Of a stretch of DNA of 64,000 bases, positions 57,001 through 64,000 are shown piece after piece. The position numbers were made by a program, and so were the translations under genes. The notes below the pieces were generated by a model. It did no database searches. It saw only the letters and a list, made by a program, of their open reading frames with translations, and was not told where the DNA came from. The number at the start of each line of letters is the position of its first letter. The stretch's first letter is position 1. Location of the stretch: assembly GCA_951406725.2 (NCBI GenBank), contig OX597814.1, forward strand, positions 48,050,001 through 48,114,000, written 5' to 3'. Origin of the DNA: Octopus vulgaris. Lineage: Eukaryota.

Positions 57001-57436
57001 AGCACTGGTTTTGCGTGCCAATTACGAAAATAATTACCATTATTTGAAGAAATTAGGGCATACCTACACAAGTTTGTTCCCCACCATCTTTCACCAACCT
57101 TGTTTCCTCATAACTTTCAGAATAAATGAGTATTTTTAAATGAAATTTGGTGTAGATTACGATATCAAAATTCAAGGTTAAAAAAATTGTGGGTATGCAC
57201 ACATACGTGTTGTCACACATCACATATTTCTACAAAATGAAACTTGAATTGTTGCAAAAACTATGTGATGTGTGTCAGTATGTATGTGTACCACCATTCT
57301 TTTTCCATTTTAATTTTTCATATAATCATAATCTACACCATCTGGAAGATATCCGTATAAAATTTTATTAAAATGATTTACATTATCCTGGCATCCAGTT
57401 GAGCTTCTTTTTTTTTTATTTAAGTATAATATGCAC

Positions 57437-57512
57437 GTATGTATGTAGGTATGTATGTATGTATGTATGTATGTATGTATGTATGTATGTATGTATGTAT
57501 GTATGTGTGTGT

Positions 57513-57544
<32 letters not shown>
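57437..57544. repeat. (TATG)n plus (TG)n microsatellite
   Basis: Read directly. Confidence 0.9.
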
Positions 57545-58589
57545 AAACACTTATTAAATTTTCAATTGCTTTTACAATTGTAAAACAATATTATAAGAAT
57601 AATCCAAGTAAATGTATATGTACTGATGAAAAGACATGATTTTCAGTTTTATATGCATATAATTTGGATTTATATATTTATTTATTTATGTTTTTAACAC
57701 CTGATTTAAATATTCTTGAAACAGCAGGAGTAACATTCTGAAATATGACAGAAAGGGTGCATAGGACAAAAATGTTTAAGAATCAGGAATCCAAGATTTC
57801 TTTCTTAATCAATCCTTCTCTGTGATAAATTATTCTTTTTATGCTATTTCATAACTGGATGAACCAAGCACCTCCTCCTGCTCCTGCTCCTCCTCCTCCT
57901 CCACCTCCTCCTTTTAACATTTGTTTTCTAGTCTGGCATGTGTTAGACAGTTTCAAAGGAATTGGTAAGTTAGAAGACTGCTCCAAGTTCTACTGTCTGC
58001 TTCAGCATGGTTTCTATGGTTGGATGTCCTTCGTAATGCCAACCATTTTACAGAATGTACTGAGTGCTTTTTATGTGGTGCTATCAGTAAGTGAAGTCAC
58101 CAACTAACTTGCGGGACAAAACCCCTCAACTTGTGGGGAGAAGTATTGAAGGGAAAAAAAGGTGTCTTGCATCAGAGGAAAAACATGACTACCTCAGGTG
58201 GAGAGAGAGAGAGGAGATGGTGAAGGTGTTATGGGGAAGGAGGCAGGAGCCATACACCTAAGTTACAGGGAAGTGTATATAGGGAAGTGGACTTGGAATT
58301 GGAGAGGGTAAGTGGGTGAGTGAATTCAAAAGATTGCGAAAGGAGTGTGGGTGTTGATGAGGTGTGAGAGGGAATTTAATTAGTGGGCATAAGTGCAGGG
58401 AGGGCATATTAGGAAGATATGTTATAGGGAAGGGATTCAACAAGTAGGTATGTGAGAGAATATGAATGGGAAGAGAATACTGCAATGGTGAGTATGGGTG
58501 GGGGAAAGGGTGCTATGAACATAAAAGACATGCTTTTATAGCCTGGATTTTATTTAGCCAGGCTGGGTTTTCTATACTGTAAATCATCA

Positions 58590-58860
58590 ATCATCTTAGT
58601 CTTTTGTCATCTTCTCTGTGAGGCTCAATATCTGAAGATCATTTCTCACCACTTCATCCCACACCTTCCTGGGTCTTCCTTTTCCACAGGTTCCCTTATT
58701 TAGAGATAAGCATGTCTTTATGCAGTTTTCTTGTCCATATGCATCATATGACCATACCAGCACAGTCTTCTCTCTTACACACCACAACTGATGCCTGTTA
58801 TACCCAATATTTCTTCAAAACATTTACACTTTGTCGTGCATGCACACTGACATTACACAC
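58590..58860 (-). mobile_element. RTE C-terminal fragment
   Basis: ORF 58596..58787 GTCGKGRPRKVWDEVVRNDLQILSLTEKMTKD. Confidence 0.75.
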
Positions 58861-59127
58861 TTATTATATTAACAAATGATAGATAAAGATAATATAATGT
58901 CCAAAATTCACTGATCCATGTATATATTGTTCCAGATTTACTATACCTTCATCTTATTTAAGACCATACCATATACTCTAATGTGCAGTGGGTAAGTGCA
59001 TAATTAGTAGTGTTATAATCTGAATATGTTATGTTCCTATTTCTGTATGCTTGCAGTTGTTATTGCTTAGCCCCCAGTTAGCTTTGATCAAGTAGACCTA
59101 TGATCAAAAGCATTCCAGCCATGACCA

Positions 59128-59440
59128 TCTCATCATCATCATCATCCTCATTTAACATTCATTTAACATTCCTATACATGCATAGGACAGTTGACAGGGA
59201 CCAGCCAAGTAGAAGGCTACCCCAGTCTACTGTGTCTGTTTTGGCAGGGTTTTTGCAGCTGAATACCCTTTCTAACACCAGCCACTCTGCAGAGTGAACT
59301 CAGTGCTTTTAACGTGGCACTAGCACAGGCAAGGTTAGTTTTGGTATGATTTTTACAGCTGGATGCCCTTCCAAATGCCAACCACTTTACAGTGTGGACC
59401 AGATGCTTTTTGCATTGCACCAGCACCAAATACTCACGAG
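59128..59440 (-). mobile_element. Degenerate RTE 3'UTR fragments
   Basis: (CAT)n tail followed by two CAGCTG(G/A)AT(G/A)CCCTT motifs. Confidence 0.55.
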
Positions 59441-60004
59441 ACAAGGAATTTTGAGAGGGGCAGAGGCATTTGAGGAAGGAACATTTGTCAGAAAATGAAA
59501 GGTTAGAGTGTGACAGAGAAATAGAGAGGCAGAAACAGCTGTTTTGCTATAGAGGAGGTACATGATTACTCAGAGAGAGAGAGAAGAGAAAGGAAGGGAG
59601 AGGAAGTGAGAGGGAGAAAGAGAGTGAGAGAGGGAGAGAGATACAAGAAAGAGGACAGAAACAGATGTGCTGATATAAAGGAGCTAATTGGTTAACTAGT
59701 CAGAGGGAAAAAGCAAGAGAAGGAGAGAAAGAGTGATCAAGAATGTGGTCAGAAACAGATGTACTGCTATAGAGGAGATACATGGCTACCTAGCCAGAGT
59801 GAAGAGCAAGGGGAAGAGAGAGAGAGGGTGGGAAATAGCAAAAATGCAAGAGAGCAGGAGATGGTGAAGTGCCAGGGTATACTCACAAGTTACAAGGATT
59901 AGAACATAGGTGTGATGGTAGAGTAAAGAAAGGAGAAGTATGGAGGTCATAATATACGTGGTCAGGTATTACCAAGAAGATGCAAATAGGGACTGGGAAT
60001 TGCA

Positions 60005-60660
60005 GTGACTTTACTCATATGCATCACATGTCCAAACCAATGCATTCTCCTCTTCTGCATGCCATATTTAATCCCTCTTATGCCTTACTTTTCTCTCAAC
60101 ATAGTTGTGCTTTGTCGGTCATACATATTGATGTTGCAAATCTGATGGAGTATACCACCTTCATTCCTCTCCAGTCTATGCATGTCCTCCACATTCAGAG
60201 TCTCTGTTTCACTACCATGTAGTATAGCCATTCTCACATAAGCATCATACAATCTACCTTTTACTCTGAGAGAGAGTCATTTTGTTGAGAACAGAGATAG
60301 TAGCTCTCTGAACTTCTATCCTCTTCTTATTCTAGAAACAATACTTTCAGAGCATCCGCCACCATTACTAATTTGGTCACCTAAGTAGTAGAAACTATCT
60401 ACTACCTCTAGAGAGCTACCTGGGCATTTGATAGAGTCTAAGTCTCTCATGTTCTTAGTGATTGCTGTTCCTGTGTATCTGCCACACACAAAAGCAACCT
60501 TATCTGTTAACCTACCTGCGATTCCACTGCATTTCTTATGCACCCATAGCTTACATTGGGTGTAGCAAATGGAATTACTTCCCACTCCTTTCCTACATAT
60601 TGAGCTGGGCCATTTTCCTGGCGGAAAGAGAGTCTTATCTGTTTTCTTGCTAACAAGAAA
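60005..60660 (-). mobile_element. RTE LINE fragment with Cys/His cluster
   Basis: GKWPSSICRKGVGSNSICYTQCKLWVHKKCSG..LEVVDSFYYLGD..GGCSESIVSRIR, then LSLRVKGRLYDAY. Confidence 0.8.
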
Positions 60661-62049
60661 GAAATAAAATGAATAAACTCTCATATTATAAATGGAATGT
60701 TATGGAACTGTCAAAATAGGTGAAAAAGAATATTTCAGAATTTTAGCTTCTATTGTTATCTGAATTTTACAGTGAGTGTCTGGGTTTTCAGTTCATAACA
60801 AACTCTTGTTGTGTTGAAGCATATTAGTATAAATAAACAATATGTATTAATAAATAATTCCATTTTTATCTATTATTTTGTGATTCATAAGAAAAAGAAA
60901 AATATTCAAATTTTAATTTTGGTTAGAATCTTACTGTGCTGCTAACTAGAAACAGCAGCTAAATCTCACTCAAATCACACCTTCCCATCTTAAACAAAAA
61001 ATTGAAAGGAACATGTAACAATGTAATTTTAAATGCAGAAACAGATGGGATAGTCACACCAAGAATACCTGAAATCATAGGTCTGCTCAATCAAGCCTAA
61101 CCTAAGAGCTAAACAAAAACAACAATAAGTCATGTGGGTGAGGAAAAATACCTCAGAGGAATGTTCTGTATACTAAATGCAGAAACAGTAGGGTCTTGCC
61201 TTATTTATTGCAGAGAATTGAAAAAAAAACTTTGATCCTTAAAACACACTCCTAGTAAAAGAATTTTCACACTAACTAGTTTAAGTATTTTTACTTATCA
61301 CTTTTCCAAACAGAGAAGATGATAATTGTTGATCACTTGAAAGAAATTAAGAAATTATAAATACGTTACATTTCTCTTGATCGAAGAGAAGAGCTTTAAA
61401 TTGTATTTGGTTTTAAATAATCTTAACGGACAAATGTTAGATTGTTTATTTCTTCTTCAGGAAAGACTCAGACAGAAATAAATAGATTTATGAGGAAAAC
61501 CCAAAATTTAGATCAAATATTTTATTTTGTTTCTTTTTATTCATGTAACAAAATATTCAACAGTTTATTATCTCTTATACATATGAAAATAACAATTGAC
61601 ATATATACATTTGCATATAAACAACATATAAGATAGACGTTGACATATAAATATGAATGTTCGTATGTACACATATGAATATAATATCACATTTTCTCCA
61701 GTTTGAAAATTGGGAAAATAAAAAAAAATTCACATTCTTACTAATATATAATTCCTCTCAATTTCAAACATAGATTCAACAGTTATAAATTAGTCATTGT
61801 TTACAACAAGTAGCCTGTAAAATAATGAAAATGGCAGTAATGATTTATTTTTTTTTTTAAGACAATAAATTTTAGTTGAGGACATGAAAGAAACATAATT
61901 TTAACATGTTCAATGTTCATGAAATATTACCGAAATATTACTAAGTAAAAGAAAAAATTAGTCTGCTTACATTTTATAAATACTGATGTTTGATCGATAA
62001 ATTGAATTACCAATAATTTGGGACTGTTTTCAACTGATCACAACACTGT

Positions 62050-62385
62050 CAGCCACAGTATAACCAAATGGTTAAGAAGTTCACTTTGCAACCATGAAGT
62101 GTTGGGTTCAATCCCACTGCATAGCATCTTTGGCAAATGTTATTTTCTGTAGCCTCAGATCATCTTGTGAGTTTGGGTAGACAGAAACTGTATAGAAGTT
62201 CATCTATATGGATTGCACCTGTAATTCAAGGTACAGCCTTGTCACACAGATTTCTGTCTAAGAATTACATTAAAAGTACACATGTCTGTGGAATGCTCAG
62301 CCACTTACACGCTAATTTGGTAAGCAGGTAATCCATTTGATCACATAACTGAATACTCATCACCAAAATTGATGGAGATACATCC
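62050..62385 (+). mobile_element. Diverged tRNA/CORE-type SINE
   Basis: TGGTTAAGAAG..GGGTTCAATCCCACTGC..CTTTGGCAAATG..GGTAGACAGAAACTG. Confidence 0.6.
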
Positions 62386-62719
62386 ATATACACATTCACA
62401 CGTCTAAGCACATATATATATATATATTCATATACAAATAGACACACAGGTATACACATATTATGTCTTTAAGTGTATATCTATGTGTGTGTGTGTTTGT
62501 ATGTATGCATGATATGCATATATATATATATATATATATATTATACATAATAGATACACACAAATAGAAGATGTATATGAATATGTATACGATGATGATG
62601 ACATACATGTGTATAACATTGGGGTCAAAAGTGGGTGGAGGTAGGATAAAGGAAAAAAATATATCACTGACTTTTAGGTACAAAAAAGTGAAGTTGTATT
62701 ATATTTGAGATCACAACGA

Positions 62720-62929
62720 GTATATACGTATATACGTATATATAATTGTAAGTGTATCTGTGTGTGTATATCTGTGTGTGTGTTTGTATATATGTGTATA
62801 TATATATATATGTGTGTATGTATATACATATATATGTATATGTAAATATCTATATATATGTATATGTGTATATGTATGTATATATATGCATATATTTGTA
62901 TATTTATGTCTATGTATATATATCTATGC

Positions 62930-62972
<43 letters not shown>

Positions 62973-63017
62973 TGTATATATATATATAATGTATGTATAT
63001 ATGTGTGTGTGTATACA

Positions 63018-63100
<83 letters not shown>
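62720..63100. repeat. Compound (TA)n/(TG)n/(CA)n microsatellite
   Basis: Read directly. Confidence 0.95.
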
Positions 63101-63102
<2 letters not shown>

Positions 63103-63199
63103 GTAAGCACTTAGGTGAAAAATAAGGTGGAAAAAATAGTACTTGAATACCAAAGGCAGAGTAATATACTATTTCATTAAAGCTGAGAAAATCTTCACA

Positions 63200-63552
63200 A
63201 ACTGTGACCATTTCAGGTGACCTTTCATCAGACATGTGTGATATTATAGAGTGATCCCCTTTGGTCATGAATGACCATGGGATTGTTACCCTCAAAGGCA
63301 CAAGTCCGGGCAAGATTGTTTATGGATGACCAGCAGTTGCCCATGCATACCAGCCTCTCCTCTCCATGCCACAAATGTTATCCAAGAGAAAGGCAAAGGC
63401 TGATACAGCTTGGCACCAGTGACATCACAACTCATTTCTACAGCTGAGTGAACTGGAGCAATGTGGAATAAAGTGTCTTGCTCAAGAACACAACACGTAG
63501 CCCGGTCCAGGAATTGAACTCACAACCTCACGATCATAAGCCATGTGCCTTC
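63200..63552 (-). mobile_element. tRNA-derived SINE
   Basis: Reverse complement GAAGGCACATGGC..GAGTTCAATTCC..GTGTTCTTGAGCAAGACACTT..CACTCAGCTGT; related to the 9590 copy. Confidence 0.7.
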
Positions 63553-63658
63553 ATATGTGTGATAATATGGACTAATTATTCCATATTATCATAATTGTCT
63601 GATGAACAGTCACACGAAACTCTGAAACTCTTAGGAAGATTTTTTCAGCTTTATTAAA

Positions 63659-63660
<2 letters not shown>

Positions 63661-63732
<72 letters not shown>

Positions 63733-63872
63733 ATACACTCACACACCCACACACACACACACACACACACATACATTTGAATAATTGATTGACCCACTGC
63801 TTGTTTTTAAAATGCAAGTAATAGGAAAGTAATCAAATTTAACAATAATTATGTATGTATAATTATAATTAT

Positions 63873-63941
<69 letters not shown>
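63661..63941. repeat. (CA)n and (TA)n microsatellites
   Basis: Read directly. Confidence 0.95.
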
Positions 63942-63944
<3 letters not shown>

Positions 63945-64000
63945 TAAAACATTTTGGTAGTGTATAGAATAGTATATTGGCAGTATAGTATAAGGTCAGT

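Noticed and set aside
56227-57139. 264-aa and 280-aa ORFs as genes
   Set aside because: Openness follows from a 30-bp unit lacking stops; no domain or splice support was seen.
57841-58107. Proline-rich ORF
   Set aside because: A (CCT)n microsatellite joined to a degenerate RTE-type tail.
63597-63640. Further hammerhead (CTGATGAA..GAAAC)
   Set aside because: No convincing stem I or stem II pairing; at most a decayed remnant.

Overview
AT-rich, repeat-dense animal genomic DNA. The SINE families and the (CAT)n/(TA)n/(CA)n microsatellite load suggest an octopus/coleoid cephalopod (inferred). I found one host gene, on the + strand: a PA-TM-RING-H2 E3 ubiquitin ligase of the ZNRF3/RNF43 family. 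I assembled it by hand from 9 GT-AG exons at 29228-46332 (2910 nt, 969 aa plus stop). The signal-peptide exon was not found, so 1-29227 is probably one very long intron. Nearly all other ORF-track entries are microsatellite or transposon noise. Mobile elements include tRNA-derived SINEs (CORE-type and MetaSINE-like), RTE and CR1-type LINE fragments, a full-length decayed mariner, a DD37D transposase relic, Helitron pieces, and hAT and mariner MITEs. There is also a 24 x 30 bp minisatellite. The most unusual item is a head-to-head inverted dimer at 14170-14645 whose units join a tRNA-like Pol III head to a minimal hammerhead-ribozyme fold, a candidate Penelope-dependent ribozyme SINE. Other points of interest: a 24-nt microexon, a conserved Ser-rich ZNRF3-type motif in the disordered tail, a U2 snRNA 5' fragment, a second tandem-plus-inverted Pol III element, and a shared SINE/LINE 3' tail. 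Exon borders were counted exactly; most repeat borders are approximate. Comparisons with vertebrate proteins are from memory and need an alignment to confirm.
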